From contig NZ_RAWO01000002.1 of assembly GCF_003668955.1 (NCBI RefSeq), positions 471,605 through 535,604 of the forward strand: DNA of 64,000 nucleotides, in the 5' to 3' direction. The position numbers were made by a program, and so were the translations under genes. This DNA is from Corallococcus sp. AB038B. Its GTDB lineage: Bacteria > Myxococcota > Myxococcia > Myxococcales > Myxococcaceae. The notes beneath the pieces were generated by a model. That model ran no database searches and was not told where the DNA came from. It saw only the letters and a list, made by a program, of their open reading frames with translations. Positions 49,416 through 59,323 of this stretch are shown in pieces (the stretch's first letter is position 1; the number at the start of each line of letters is the position of its first letter).

Positions 49416-50741
49416 ATGGACGCCGAGCACAGGGCCGAGGGACAGGAAGGGATGCCGGGCACACCTGGAGAGAATTCGATGCCGTCCCAGCAGGAGGGAG
49501 CGGCTGACGCGTCCGCGCCGAAGCAAGGCGAGGGCGCGAGTGGAGACGTGACGCCGGAAGGTGCCCCCCAGGCCGAAGCGGGTGGGGCGCAGACCGACGT
49601 GCCTGAAGAGAGTGGGCAGGCCTCCGTGAGCGCGACCGAGGCCAGCACGGCCGCCGGAGCCTCCAGTGAGCCGGAGACACGCACCGAGGGCGGCGAGTCG
49701 CCGGGCCGCACCGGCGAAGAGACTCCCGCCGGGGACGCCGCGACGTCGGGTGGAGCATCCGCCCACGCTGGCGAACCGGAAGGCTCCGGGGCGACCGTGC
49801 AGGGCGAGGGCACCAGCACCCCGGCGGACGCGGAGGCCTCTTCGGGCCCTGGCCGCTACGTGGAGCTATCCTCGGGCGAGAGCGTCCAGGACGCCTCCGC
49901 CACGGGCAGCGACGGTGGCGGCGAGGCGAAGGACATGGTGGCGGAGCCGAGCTCCGGTCCGGTGTCGGGCGCGGATGACGCGCTGCTGAGCGCCGGCATC
50001 TGGGACGTGGCGAGCCGTGCGAGCCAGGAGGACGCGGGCTCCATGGGCTCCGGAGACGGTTCGGAACACAGCGCCAACGACGGCGCGGCGACTTCGGATG
50101 GGGAGCCCCACGCGCAGGCCATCGAGCCACGCGTGATGGGACAGGTGACGGCGATGGTGCTGCCGCTGGAGCGACTGGAGGAGGACACCACCTTCCGCCT
50201 GCGGGACGAGGGCGACGTGTCCGAGCTGGCGACGGACCTGGCGCGACTGGGCCAGCTGTTCCCGGTGGACGTGCGCCCGCGCGGCGAGGAGCGCTACCAG
50301 CTCATCTGCGGCTTCCGGCGCGTGGCGGCGCTGCGCTTCCTCAAGCGCGACCAGCTCCAGGTGCGCGTGCACGAGGAGCTGTCCGACGAGGACGCGCTCC
50401 TGTTGTCCCTGGCGGAGGCCATCCACGCCTCGCCGGTGGAGCACGACGTGCTGGAGGCCAAGCGCGAGTCGCTGGAGGCCGAAGGCCGGCTGACCGCGCC
50501 GGTGCGCGACATGCTGGAGAAGGCGCTCGCCACCGAAGAGACGCTGGCTCCGGAGGGCGTCGAGGAGGAAATCGACGCGGACGAGCTGGCGGTGGACGTC
50601 GCGCAGCGCATGGGCGCCCTCAACCAGGACTTGTCGCTGCTCGCGGACGTGTTCGCGGCGCTGGACGAATCGCGCAAGGCGGAGCTGCTGATGCAGCTGC
50701 GCTACTCGGCGCAGCTGGTGGCGTACCTGGAGGGTCTGTAG
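49416..50741 (+). CDS. padC: ParB/sulfiredoxin-like domain protein with acidic low-complexity N-terminus (PadC-like bactofilin-ParA adaptor)
   Basis: ParB-like nuclease-domain region ([31 protein letters not shown]). Position immediately downstream of bacP matches M. xanthus padC. Confidence 0.75.
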   Translation: MDAEHRAEGQEGMPGTPGENSMPSQQEGAADASAPKQGEGASGDVTPEGAPQAEAGGAQTDVPEESGQASVSATEASTAAGASSEPETRTEGGESPGRTGEETPAGDAATSGGASAHAGEPEGSGATVQGEGTSTPADAEASSGPGRYVELSSGESVQDASATGSDGGGEAKDMVAEPSSGPVSGADDALLSAGIWDVASRASQEDAGSMGSGDGSEHSANDGAATSDGEPHAQAIEPRVMGQVTAMVLPLERLEEDTTFRLRDEGDVSELATDLARLGQLFPVDVRPRGEERYQLICGFRRVAALRFLKRDQLQVRVHEELSDEDALLLSLAEAIHASPVEHDVLEAKRESLEAEGRLTAPVRDMLEKALATEETLAPEGVEEEIDADELAVDVAQRMGALNQDLSLLADVFAALDESRKAELLMQLRYSAQLVAYLEGL

Positions 50742-50744
50742 GCC

Positions 50745-51320
50745 ATGGCGGAAACGCTCGAACGCGACCGCGCCCGGCTCCTGGAGGTGCTCACGCAGCG
50801 CTCCTTCGAGCGCAGGCGCGTGGTGCTCTCCTCCGGCAAGGAGTCGGACTTCTACATCGACTGCAAGCGCACGGCGCTGCTCGCCGAGGGCCACTACCTC
50901 ATCGGCCGGCTGCTCCTGGAGGCCATCCGGCGCGACGCTCCGTCGGCGGTGGCCGCGGGCGGTCTGACGCTGGGCGCGGATCCGCTCGCGTCGGCGGTGA
51001 GCCTGACCAGCTTCCTGGAGGGCGGCGGCCAGAAGCCCCTGCACGCGTTCATCGTGCGCAAGGAGCCCAAGGGCCACGGCACCGGCCAGTGGATTGAAGG
51101 CCTGTCCGCGCTGAGCCCCGGCGCCCCGGTGGCCATCGTGGAGGACGTGGTGACGACGGGCGCGTCCACGATCAAGGCGATTGAGCGCGCGAAGCTGGAG
51201 GGCCTGACGGTGCTGGGCGCCTTCGCACTGGTGGATCGGCTGGAGGGCGGACGCGAAGCCGTGGAGTCCGCCGGCCACCGCCTCACCACGCTGTTCACGC
51301 GCAAGGACTTCATCCCGTGA
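50745..51320 (+). CDS. pyrE: Orotate phosphoribosyltransferase
   Basis: PRTase motif VAIVEDVVTTGAST; 191 aa. Confidence 0.9.
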   Translation: MAETLERDRARLLEVLTQRSFERRRVVLSSGKESDFYIDCKRTALLAEGHYLIGRLLLEAIRRDAPSAVAAGGLTLGADPLASAVSLTSFLEGGGQKPLHAFIVRKEPKGHGTGQWIEGLSALSPGAPVAIVEDVVTTGASTIKAIERAKLEGLTVLGAFALVDRLEGGREAVESAGHRLTTLFTRKDFIP

Positions 51321-51946
51321 GAAGGCTGCTGTTGGCCGCGGTGCTGCTGGTCGTGCTGGGCGGCTGCTCCACCTCGCCCCCCATCGTCGGAGAGCCCGCG
51401 CCCACGCTGGATGACCCCAAGCAGGAGTCCGCCTACATGGCGGTGTTGGACCGCTACTCGGACCGCAAGGAGATCTACGACGGCTTCGACACGCGCGTCT
51501 TCGCGGGGGCCACGTTCCAGACGCCTGCGTTCCGCGAGGCCCGCATCCACCGCCGAGCCATCTTCCAGACGCTGCCCGCGGCGAAGGTGGAGCAGCTGCT
51601 GGCGGAGGAACAGGCCGAAGCGGCGAAGTTCTACGAGTTCTTCCTGGCGGTGCACGTCAACGACTACCGCTACGACGACTTCGCCCACCGCAACAGCATC
51701 TGGCGGATCGCGCTGGTGACGCCCGCGGGCGAAATCACGCCCATGGAGATCCGCCGCCTGGGCCGGGCGGACCTCAACGTGCGCGCCTACTACCCCTACG
51801 CCAGCCTCTTCTGGGTGGGCTACCGCGTGCGCTTCCCCAAGACCTTCACCGACGGCCAGCCCGTCATCCCCGAGGGCACCGAGCAGGTGATGCTCCGCGT
51901 CGCCTCGTCGTTGGGGAACGCGGAGCTGAAGGTCCACGCGCGCTGA
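51317..51946 (+). CDS. Hypothetical lipoprotein
   Basis: Lipobox AVLLVVLGGCS. ATGA overlap with pyrE. No recognised domain. Confidence 0.6.
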   Translation: MRRLLLAAVLLVVLGGCSTSPPIVGEPAPTLDDPKQESAYMAVLDRYSDRKEIYDGFDTRVFAGATFQTPAFREARIHRRAIFQTLPAAKVEQLLAEEQAEAAKFYEFFLAVHVNDYRYDDFAHRNSIWRIALVTPAGEITPMEIRRLGRADLNVRAYYPYASLFWVGYRVRFPKTFTDGQPVIPEGTEQVMLRVASSLGNAELKVHAR

Positions 51947-51963
51947 CCGCGGCGGGACGGCCT

Positions 51964-52566
51964 TCAGGTCTGCTGGCCGTCCTTCAGCCACTTCGACGTG
52001 AGCGGCATCGTGGGCCCCGCGAGCAGGCGGTCCAGGAGCGCGTCCGGCGAGGCATTCACCGCGAAGGGCACGCCCTGCGTCTCCGGGACGAAGCCCGCCT
52101 CCACCATCTGCTTCGCCATCGCGAGCAGCGGCTGGAAGAAGCCGTCCACGTCCAGCAGGCCCATGGGCTTCCGGTGCAGGCCCAGCTGCGCCCAGGTGAC
52201 GATTTCGAAGAGCTCGTCCAGCGTGCCGAAGCCGCCGGGCAGGGCGACGAAGGCGTCCGAGCGCTCGGCCATCATCGCCTTGCGCGAGTGCATGGAGTCC
52301 ACCCGGTGCAGCTCCGTCAGCCGCGGGTGGGCCAGCTCCTTCGCGTCCATGAAGTGGGGGAGCACGCCCACGGTCTGGCCACCGTTGGCGATGACCGCGT
52401 CCGCCACCGCGCCCATCAACCCCACGCTGGCGCCGCCGTAGACGAGCGTCAGGCCCCGCTTCGCCAGCGCGGCCCCCATCCTGGAAGCGGCCTCGCGGTA
52501 CTCGGCGCGCACGCCGGAGCGCGAGCCACAGAAGACGCAGACGCTGCGAACGGTGGGTTCAGCCAT
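51964..52566 (-). CDS. LOG-family protein (TIGR00730; cytokinin riboside 5'-monophosphate phosphoribohydrolase-like)
   Basis: Internal start MAEPTVRSVCVFCGSRSG. Motifs GGASVGLMGAVA and LPGGFGTLDELFE. The longer track ORF upstream is antisense to the rhomboid gene. Confidence 0.85.
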   Translation of the reverse strand: MAEPTVRSVCVFCGSRSGVRAEYREAASRMGAALAKRGLTLVYGGASVGLMGAVADAVIANGGQTVGVLPHFMDAKELAHPRLTELHRVDSMHSRKAMMAERSDAFVALPGGFGTLDELFEIVTWAQLGLHRKPMGLLDVDGFFQPLLAMAKQMVEAGFVPETQGVPFAVNASPDALLDRLLAGPTMPLTSKWLKDGQQT

Positions 52567-52568
52567 CG

Positions 52569-53333
52569 TCAAAAGCCTCCAAGGCGCCCGGGATGGGCGG
52601 CGACCACGGCCAGCGCCGCGGCGATGAACAGCAGGACGGGGATGGCGCGCGCGTAGACCTTCGGGCCCATGCGCAGCGCCATGCCGCACGGCAGGCCGAA
52701 GACGAAGCCGCCCAGGTGCCCCGCCCAGCTCACCCCGGGCAGCAGGCTGATGACCGCCACCTGCACGAGCCAGAACATGTGATCCCGGCGGCCCTGCTGG
52801 TTGAGGATGGGCAGCATCGCGCCGCCCCAGCCGAGGATCATTCCGGACGCGCCCACCGTCACGATGTCGAAGTTGAAGAAGAGCGCGAACGCGGAGCCGC
52901 CCAGCGCGGTGACGAGCGACAGCCCCAGGAACCTCAGGCTTCCGATGCCACGCTCCAGCGACGCGCCCAGCGAATAGACGGCGAGCATGTTGAAGAGCAG
53001 GTGCATCGCGCCGCCGTGCTCGAACACCATGCCGAGCAGGCGCCAGTACTCGCCCGCCTGGACCCACGGCCCGTAGAGCGCCAGCGGCCCCACGATGCCG
53101 TAGTTCGTCCCGTCGATGATCAGCGGCCGGCCCAGGGACCGACTGAGGACGAACATCCCCACCGCGCCCGCGATGATGGCGAAGCTGACGTAGGGCGTGC
53201 GCAGCGCGGGCCGGGGCTGCTGGGGGCCCGGGGGCGGTCCGTCCCCGCCCTGTCCACGTGGCGCGTTGTCCTTCTCGTCTCCCAGCCCGGAGGGGCCGGG
53301 GAGGTCATCCAGCATGCGGCGCGGACGGGACAT
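52569..53333 (-). CDS. Rhomboid-family intramembrane serine protease
   Basis: Catalytic GASGMILG (Ser) and AGHLGGF (His) in TM helices; 254 aa. Confidence 0.85.
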   Translation of the reverse strand: MSRPRRMLDDLPGPSGLGDEKDNAPRGQGGDGPPPGPQQPRPALRTPYVSFAIIAGAVGMFVLSRSLGRPLIIDGTNYGIVGPLALYGPWVQAGEYWRLLGMVFEHGGAMHLLFNMLAVYSLGASLERGIGSLRFLGLSLVTALGGSAFALFFNFDIVTVGASGMILGWGGAMLPILNQQGRRDHMFWLVQVAVISLLPGVSWAGHLGGFVFGLPCGMALRMGPKVYARAIPVLLFIAAALAVVAAHPGRLGGF

Positions 53334-53339
53334 GGGTTC

Positions 53340-54932
53340 TCACAGCTCCCGTGAAAGGACGGTGTCGCGCGTGCCCTGGTGCTCGTCCGTGTGGGGGTAG
53401 TCCAGGGTGTAGTGCAGGCCCCGGCTCTCCTTGCGGCGGCTGGCGCAGTCCACGATGAGGTGCGCCACCTCCGCGATGTTGCGCAGCTCGATGACGTCGC
53501 GGGTGACCTTGAAGCGCCAGTAGTAGTCGCGGATCTCCTCGCGCAAGAGCTCCAGCCGCCTCCGTGCGCGCATCAGCCGCTTGTCCGTGCGGACGATGCC
53601 CACGTAGTTCCACATCAGCCGGCGGATCTCATCCCAGTTGTGGGTGACGACCACGCTCTCGTCGGAGTCCACCGCGCTGCCGGAGTCCCAGGCCGGAGGG
53701 TCCTCCTTCGGCAGCGTCAACGAGGACAGCTCCTCCGCCGCCACCTGCACCGCGCGGTGGCCGTACACCAGGCCCTCCAGCAGCGAGTTGGAGGCGAGCC
53801 GGTTCGCGCCGTGCAGGCCGGTGCAGGACACCTCGCCAATGGCGTAGAGGCCCGGGATGTTGGTGCGCCCGTGCAGGTCCGTCACCACGCCGCCGCACTG
53901 GTAGTGGGCCGCGGGCACCACGGGGATGGGCTGCACCGCCATGTCGATGTTGAAGGCCTTGCAGGTGGCGTAGATGTTGGGGAAGCGCTCGGTGAGGTAC
54001 GCGCGGCCCAGGTGCGTCATGTCCAGGTAGACGCAGTCATTGCCCGTGCGCTTGAGCTCCGCGTCGATGGCTCGCGCCACCACGTCGCGCGGGGCCAGGT
54101 CCCGCATGGGGTGGTAGCGGTCCATGAACGTCTGGCCGCCCTTGAGCCGCAGCTTGCCGCCCTCGCCGCGCAGCGCTTCGCTGATCAGGAAGCTCTTGGC
54201 CTCCGGGTGGAAGAGGCACGTGGGGTGGAACTGGTAGAACTCCATGTTCGCCACGCGCGCGCCCGCGCGGTACGCCATGGCCACGCCGTCGCCCGTCGCG
54301 ACGTCCGGGTTGGAGGTGTAGAGGTACACCTTGCCCGCGCCACCCGTGGCCAGCACCGTCACCTTGGAGAGGAAGCGCTCGATGGAGCCGTCCTCCATCA
54401 GTGCGTACGTGCCCAGGCACCGGCTGCCGGCCGGGGTGTGCGGACGCCGGTCCAGGATGAGGTCGATGGCGGCCGTGTTCTGGAAGAAGGTGATGTTGGG
54501 CTGCGCGTCGCACGCGGCCAGCAGCGCGCGCTGCACCTCGCGGCCGGTGATGTCACCCGCGTGGATGATCCGGCGGGCGGAGTGGCCACCTTCGCGCGTG
54601 AGGTCGAACTCGCCGCCGCGCTGGTCGAACGCCGCGCCCAGCGCCACCAGTTCCTTGAGACGCGCGGGCCCCTCCCGCACCGTCACCTCCACCGCGTCGC
54701 GGTGGCACAGGCCCGCGCCCGCCACGAGCGTGTCCTCGATGTGCGAATCGAAGGTGTCCGTGGGGGAAAGTACCCCGGCGATGCCCCCCTGGGCGTAGGC
54801 GGTGTTGCCTTCGCCGCGCTCGCGCTTGGTGAGCACGGCGACCGTGCCGTGCCGGGCCGCCTGGAGGGCGAACGACAGTCCGGCCACGCCGCCGCCCATG
54901 ACCAGAAAATCAAACCGATGGGGCATGGCCAA
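53340..54932 (-). CDS. nadB: L-aspartate oxidase
   Basis: FAD-binding N-terminus FDFLVMGGGVAGLSFAL and NadB-type motifs (AQGGIAGVLSPTDTFDSHIEDTLVAGAGLC); 530 aa. Confidence 0.9.
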   Translation of the reverse strand: MAMPHRFDFLVMGGGVAGLSFALQAARHGTVAVLTKRERGEGNTAYAQGGIAGVLSPTDTFDSHIEDTLVAGAGLCHRDAVEVTVREGPARLKELVALGAAFDQRGGEFDLTREGGHSARRIIHAGDITGREVQRALLAACDAQPNITFFQNTAAIDLILDRRPHTPAGSRCLGTYALMEDGSIERFLSKVTVLATGGAGKVYLYTSNPDVATGDGVAMAYRAGARVANMEFYQFHPTCLFHPEAKSFLISEALRGEGGKLRLKGGQTFMDRYHPMRDLAPRDVVARAIDAELKRTGNDCVYLDMTHLGRAYLTERFPNIYATCKAFNIDMAVQPIPVVPAAHYQCGGVVTDLHGRTNIPGLYAIGEVSCTGLHGANRLASNSLLEGLVYGHRAVQVAAEELSSLTLPKEDPPAWDSGSAVDSDESVVVTHNWDEIRRLMWNYVGIVRTDKRLMRARRRLELLREEIRDYYWRFKVTRDVIELRNIAEVAHLIVDCASRRKESRGLHYTLDYPHTDEHQGTRDTVLSREL

Positions 54933-55015
54933 CAGCCTTAATGGCGGTAAGTGCTGGAAACAAGGCGTTTTCTTGAGGACTTTCCGGGTGTTGTCTAAGG
55001 TTTCGCACCGCCGCC

Positions 55016-55705
55016 ATGCGTGTCCTGACCGCCCTCGTCGTCCTGTTGACCGCCGCCCTGCCGGCCGCTGCCTCGGACGGCATCTACAGCTACGTGGAGA
55101 AGGACGGCACCATCGTCTACACGAACGTGCCGCCTGGAGGCGCGCGCAAGGCCCGCAAGCTGTCCGGGACCTTCACGCCCGCGCCGGCCAAGTCCGCTCC
55201 CGTGCGGGGCCGTTCGCGGACGCCCACGGAGTTGGATCCGCACATCACCACCGCGGCGCTGCGCTACCGCATCCCGCCCGCGCTGGTGCGCGCCATCATG
55301 CACACGGAGAGCAACTTCAACCCGAACGCGCTCAGCCACAAGGGCGCCAGCGGGCTGATGCAGCTCATGCCGGGCACCGCGTCGGACATGTACGTGAAGG
55401 ACATCTTCGACTCGAAGGAGAACATCGAGGGCGGCGTGCGCTACCTGCGCGTCCTGGCCAACATGTTCGACGGCGACATGGTGAAGATGGTCGCTGCCTA
55501 CAACGCTGGGCCGGACGCGGTGAAGAAGTACGGAGGCCAGGTGCCGCCGTACGCCGAGACGCAGGATTACGTGCGCAAGGTCCTCCAGCTCTACCAACAC
55601 TACAAGGAGCGCGAGCGGCTCGCCCAGGCCGAGGCCAGCAGCCGTGAGCCCACACCCGAGAATGACGACGCGCACGAAGGGGACGAAGCCGCCGGGCCCC
55701 GATGA
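55016..55705 (+). CDS. Soluble lytic transglycosylase (SLT domain) with DUF4124-like N-terminus
   Basis: Signal peptide, then GIYSYVEKDGTIVYTNVPP (DUF4124-like), then SLT motif AIMHTESNFNPNALSHKGASGLMQLMPGTA. Confidence 0.85.
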   Translation: MRVLTALVVLLTAALPAAASDGIYSYVEKDGTIVYTNVPPGGARKARKLSGTFTPAPAKSAPVRGRSRTPTELDPHITTAALRYRIPPALVRAIMHTESNFNPNALSHKGASGLMQLMPGTASDMYVKDIFDSKENIEGGVRYLRVLANMFDGDMVKMVAAYNAGPDAVKKYGGQVPPYAETQDYVRKVLQLYQHYKERERLAQAEASSREPTPENDDAHEGDEAAGPR

Positions 55706-57422
55706 CGAGGAGTTCCTGCAGCAGCTCCATCGCGGGAGCGAGCTGCTGGGCGCCGGCAAGGTCACCGAAGCGAAGGACTTCCTGGAGCGTGCGCACCAGC
55801 TCCAGCCGCGCCATGAGAAGGCCCAGAACCTCCTGGGCCTGACGTATTTCAAGCTGGGCCTCTTCGACCGCGCCGCCGACCTGTACGAGATGCTCGTGCG
55901 GGACAACCCGGTGGACCCGACGCTGCGCGTGAACCTGGGGCTCGTCTACTTGAAGACGAACGCGCTCCAGCGCGCGGCGCGTGAATTCGAGACCGCCACC
56001 GACCTGGCTCCGGATCACAAGAAGGCCCACAACTACCTGGGCCTGACCTTCGCCCAGATGGGCGAGTACGGCCGCGCGCGCGAGCACTTCCTCCTGTCCG
56101 GCAGCGACGCCATGGCGGAGAAGATGTCGCGCGCCATCGCCGGGGAGGTCTACAGCCGTCCTCCCGCCGCCCCCATGCCGGCCCGTCCGCGCGAGGAGGA
56201 AGAGGAGACCGCCGCGCCGCCTGCGTCCAGCTCCGGCGAGAGTGACTGGGGTGCCCAGTTCGGTCTGGATGAGGCGCCGCGCAGTCCTCGCACCGCCGCC
56301 GCGCCGCCGCCCCAGGTCGCCGCGAAGCCGCCGGACGACGACATGCGCTTCGCGGAGGACGAGGGCCCTCCCGCTCCCACGGATGACCACGCCTTCACCT
56401 CGGGAGCCGCGATCCAGGTCCAGGAGGACGAGGACCCCAGCCTGGCTGCGGGCGAGAGCCTCTTTGACGAAGACGCGGAGCTCGCCGCCACCACGGACGC
56501 GGACACCTCCGGTGACGACGTCGAGGTCGCCGACGAGCTGCCCCCCACGCCGGTGTCGGAGGAGATCGAGGTCTCCGAGGAGCCGCCCGTCCTCGCGTCC
56601 GACCTGGAGTCGGAGCCCGGCGACGCCTTCGCGGAGACCTTCGCCGCGCTGGCCACGAGCGAGCAGCCCCCGGAGACCCGGCCTGCCGAGCCGCTCCAGC
56701 TGACCCGGTCCATCGGGTCGCTTCAGGTGACCCACTCCGCCGAACCGCCTTCCTCGCCTGATGCCGGAACGGGCGTGAGTCCGCCGGTGCTCACCGCGTG
56801 GGTGCCCTCGGTGGCGCTGCCGGGCGCGGTGCCGGGCCAGCCCTTCACCCAAGGTGCGTCCGCGATGGCGCTCGCGGTGGAAGGCGAGCTGCTCACGCGC
56901 CTGGAGGGGCTGATCGCCGTGCGCGGGCAGGTCACCTTCGAGCCGGAGATGAAGCGCTTCCGGGGTCGGGCCACGGACAAGCCCTTTGGCGAGGGCGACC
57001 AGTCCATGGTGCGCGCCCGGGGGCAGGGGACGCTGCACCTGGAGCCGGTGTCTGGGCGGCAGTGGGTGGCTGTCTCCCTGGACGACGAGTCCGTCTACCT
57101 GCGCGACGCGTGCGTCTTCGCCTTCGAGGAGCCCGTCGTCTTCGAGAACGGCCGCGTGCCGTCGGACCTGGCCCAGGACCTGGACCTGGTGCACCTGCGC
57201 GGGCAGGGGCGGGTGCTGCTCAGCCTGACGGGCCCGCTGCGCTCGGTGCCGGTGGCCATGGACCAGCCGGTGACGGTGCCCCTCACGCACCTGGTGGGCT
57301 GGGTGGGCAACCTCACGCCCCGCGTGGTGCCGCTCGTGACATCCGCTGCCGGGGAGACACTGAAGGCGGCGGTGGAACTGGGCGGTGAAGGATTTGCCCT
57401 CATCGCACTCGGGGTCCGGTAG
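55662..57422 (+). CDS. TPR-repeat protein with long acidic low-complexity linker and C-terminal AIM24/DUF124-like domain (tentative)
   Basis: TPR repeats at the N-terminus, an ~200 aa Asp/Glu/Pro/Ala-rich segment, and a C-terminal ~230 aa beta-rich domain. Its start overlaps the SLT gene by at least 44 nt. Confidence 0.6.
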   Translation: MTTRTKGTKPPGPDDEEFLQQLHRGSELLGAGKVTEAKDFLERAHQLQPRHEKAQNLLGLTYFKLGLFDRAADLYEMLVRDNPVDPTLRVNLGLVYLKTNALQRAAREFETATDLAPDHKKAHNYLGLTFAQMGEYGRAREHFLLSGSDAMAEKMSRAIAGEVYSRPPAAPMPARPREEEEETAAPPASSSGESDWGAQFGLDEAPRSPRTAAAPPPQVAAKPPDDDMRFAEDEGPPAPTDDHAFTSGAAIQVQEDEDPSLAAGESLFDEDAELAATTDADTSGDDVEVADELPPTPVSEEIEVSEEPPVLASDLESEPGDAFAETFAALATSEQPPETRPAEPLQLTRSIGSLQVTHSAEPPSSPDAGTGVSPPVLTAWVPSVALPGAVPGQPFTQGASAMALAVEGELLTRLEGLIAVRGQVTFEPEMKRFRGRATDKPFGEGDQSMVRARGQGTLHLEPVSGRQWVAVSLDDESVYLRDACVFAFEEPVVFENGRVPSDLAQDLDLVHLRGQGRVLLSLTGPLRSVPVAMDQPVTVPLTHLVGWVGNLTPRVVPLVTSAAGETLKAAVELGGEGFALIALGVR

Positions 57423-57433
57423 AACGCGCGCCC

Positions 57434-58123
57434 ATGGCCACCGAGCGAGCCCTCAGGAAGCAGCGCAAGCGCGAGGAGCGGGCCCGCCGCCGCGCGTCCC
57501 GCCGTCCCAGCATCCTGGTGCAGGAGTTCTGGAACCTGCCCAACATGCTGACGCTGGGGCGCATCCTCCTCATCCCCGTGTTCGTCTGGCTCACCTACGA
57601 CGCGGACCCCCTGCACTCGCTGCTGGCCGGCCTGGTGTTCGCCGTGGCCGCCATCACCGACGTGATTGACGGCTACCTGGCGCGCCGCTGGAACCTCATC
57701 ACCGTCGTCGGCAAGTTCATGGATCCGCTGGCGGACAAGCTCATCGCCATGGCCGCCCTGGTGATGATGGTGCGCCTGGGCCGCATCGCCGCCTGGGTCG
57801 TCATCGTGCTGCTGGCCCGCGAGTTCATCGTCACCGGCCTGCGCACCATCGCCGCCAGTGAAGGCATGGTCATCGCCGCGGGGCAGGAGGGGAAGTGGAA
57901 GACGTCCCTCCAACTGGTGGGGATCATCTCCCTGTGCGTCCACTACGTGCATCCGCTGGACGTGGGCTTCCGCGTTGTCACGGTGGACTACAACCAGGTG
58001 GGCAAGGTGCTGGTGTACCTGTCGGGTGCGTTCTCCGTGTGGAGCGCGGTCGTCTACTTTCGCGCGTTCCTCAACATGCTCGCCCGCCGGGGCAGCACGG
58101 ATCCGGATGCGAAAAGTGTTTGA
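57434..58123 (+). CDS. pgsA: CDP-diacylglycerol--glycerol-3-phosphate 3-phosphatidyltransferase
   Basis: CDP-alcohol phosphatidyltransferase motif AAITDVIDGYLARRWNLITVVGKFMDPLADKL; polytopic. Confidence 0.9.
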   Translation: MATERALRKQRKREERARRRASRRPSILVQEFWNLPNMLTLGRILLIPVFVWLTYDADPLHSLLAGLVFAVAAITDVIDGYLARRWNLITVVGKFMDPLADKLIAMAALVMMVRLGRIAAWVVIVLLAREFIVTGLRTIAASEGMVIAAGQEGKWKTSLQLVGIISLCVHYVHPLDVGFRVVTVDYNQVGKVLVYLSGAFSVWSAVVYFRAFLNMLARRGSTDPDAKSV

Positions 58124-58148
58124 CGTGTCCGAAGGGCCTCTGTATATC
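58120..58148 (+). promoter_or_regulatory. Sigma70-like promoter candidate TTGACG-N17-TATATC upstream of the tRNA-Gly pair
   Basis: Pattern read from sequence; the -35 overlaps the pgsA stop codon. The tRNA starts ~60 nt downstream. Confidence 0.4.
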
Positions 58149-58208
58149 GCACCCCACCTCCGGCGCGGCACCGACCGGCGGGTGGCGAGTAACACAGCGG
58201 TACCTGAT

Positions 58209-58283
58209 GCGGGAATAGCTCAGCGGTAGAGCATCGCCTTGCCAAGGCGAGGGTCGAGGGTTCAAATCCCTTTTCCCGCTCCA
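58209..58283 (+). tRNA. tRNA-Gly (anticodon GCC), CCA encoded
   Basis: GCGGGAATAGCTCAGCGGTAGAGCATCGCCTTGCCAAGGCGAGGGTCGAGGGTTCAAATCCCTTTTCCCGCTCCA folds as a canonical cloverleaf and is near-identical to bacterial tRNA-Gly(GCC). Confidence 0.9.
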
Positions 58284-58313
58284 AGCGAAGTACGCAGCAC
58301 TGCAGTACCTGAT

Positions 58314-58388
58314 GCGGGAATAGCTCAGCGGTAGAGCATCGCCTTGCCAAGGCGAGGGTCGAGGGTTCAAATCCCTTTTCCCGCTCCA
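58314..58388 (+). tRNA. tRNA-Gly (anticodon GCC), identical second copy
   Basis: Exact duplicate of the 75-nt sequence, 105 nt downstream. The leader GTACCTGATGC is also duplicated. Confidence 0.9.
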
Positions 58389-58394
58389 ATCAAA

Positions 58395-58429
58395 GGCCCT
58401 CTGGGAAACCAGGGGGCCTTTTTCTTTTC
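58395..58429 (+). terminator. Rho-independent terminator after the tRNA pair
   Basis: GGCCCTCTGG-gaaa-CCAGGGGGCC followed by TTTTTCTTTT. Confidence 0.6.
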
Positions 58430-58522
58430 CAAGATGGCCTCTCCGAGGGCGCGCGAGGGCTGCCGGCCAGACGGGCTTTCGCGTGGATGGCTGGAGTCCC
58501 ATGCCTGACACCTTCCGGGGGC

Positions 58523-59323
58523 ATGAGGTATGGATGGCGCCGCATGCTTCGCAACCTCCGTGAGCTCTACCAGTACCGGGGCCTCCTGCTCAGCCTGACC
58601 CAGCGCGAGCTGAAGGCGCGGTACCGGAACTCGGTGCTCGGCTTCTTCTGGACGTTCCTCAACCCGATGCTCCAGATGGGCGTCTACTCGCTGCTCTTCA
58701 CCGTCTACATGCGGCAGAAGATCCCCGGGTACACGTTCTTCGTCTTCATCGGTCTGCTCCCATGGATCTGGTTCTCCACGTCGCTGGGGACCGGGGCCAG
58801 CGCCATCAGTGACCGGCGCGATCTGCTCACCAAGGTGCGCTTCCCCGCGCAGGTGCTGCCGGCCACGGTGGTGGTGACCAACCTGTGCAACTACGTGTTG
58901 TCCCTGCCGCTGATGGTCGCGCTGGGGCTGCTGCTGGGCTACGTGCCCAGCTGGCACGTGGTGGCGTTCCCCGTGGTGCTGCTCACGCAGCTGTGCATGA
59001 CGGTGGCGCTGGTCTACATCGTGTCCGCGCTCAACGTGACGTTCCGGGACCTGCAGCAGATCATCGCCAACCTGCTGACGATGTGGTTCTTCGTCACGCC
59101 GGTGTTCTACCGGGTGGACTCGCTGCCGGAGGCGGCCCGGGGGCCGATCGTGCTGCTCAACCCCATGGCGGTGATGGTGACGTCGTACCAGGCCATCTTC
59201 TACGAACACCAGCTGCCGCAGCCCGGCCCGCTCCTGATGTGGATGGGCATCTCCGCTGCGCTGCTGTGGGTGGCGGCGGGCATCTTCGAGCGCCGTCGCG
59301 AGGACTTCGCGGAGTTCATATGA
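58523..59323 (+). CDS. wzm: ABC-2 type polysaccharide export permease (Wzm)
   Basis: Six-TM ABC-2 permease with N-terminal RELKARYRNSVLGFFW. The start was chosen at Met13 of the track ORF. Stop overlaps wzt (ATATGA). Confidence 0.8.
   Translation: MRYGWRRMLRNLRELYQYRGLLLSLTQRELKARYRNSVLGFFWTFLNPMLQMGVYSLLFTVYMRQKIPGYTFFVFIGLLPWIWFSTSLGTGASAISDRRDLLTKVRFPAQVLPATVVVTNLCNYVLSLPLMVALGLLLGYVPSWHVVAFPVVLLTQLCMTVALVYIVSALNVTFRDLQQIIANLLTMWFFVTPVFYRVDSLPEAARGPIVLLNPMAVMVTSYQAIFYEHQLPQPGPLLMWMGISAALLWVAAGIFERRREDFAEFI

Noticed and set aside
58054-58511. Two minus-strand ORFs (111 and 146 aa) overlapping the tRNA-Gly pair
   Set aside because: They are reverse complements of duplicated tRNA sequence (note the repeated REKGFEPSTLALARRCSTAELFPHQV). 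Artefacts of the tandem tRNA duplication.
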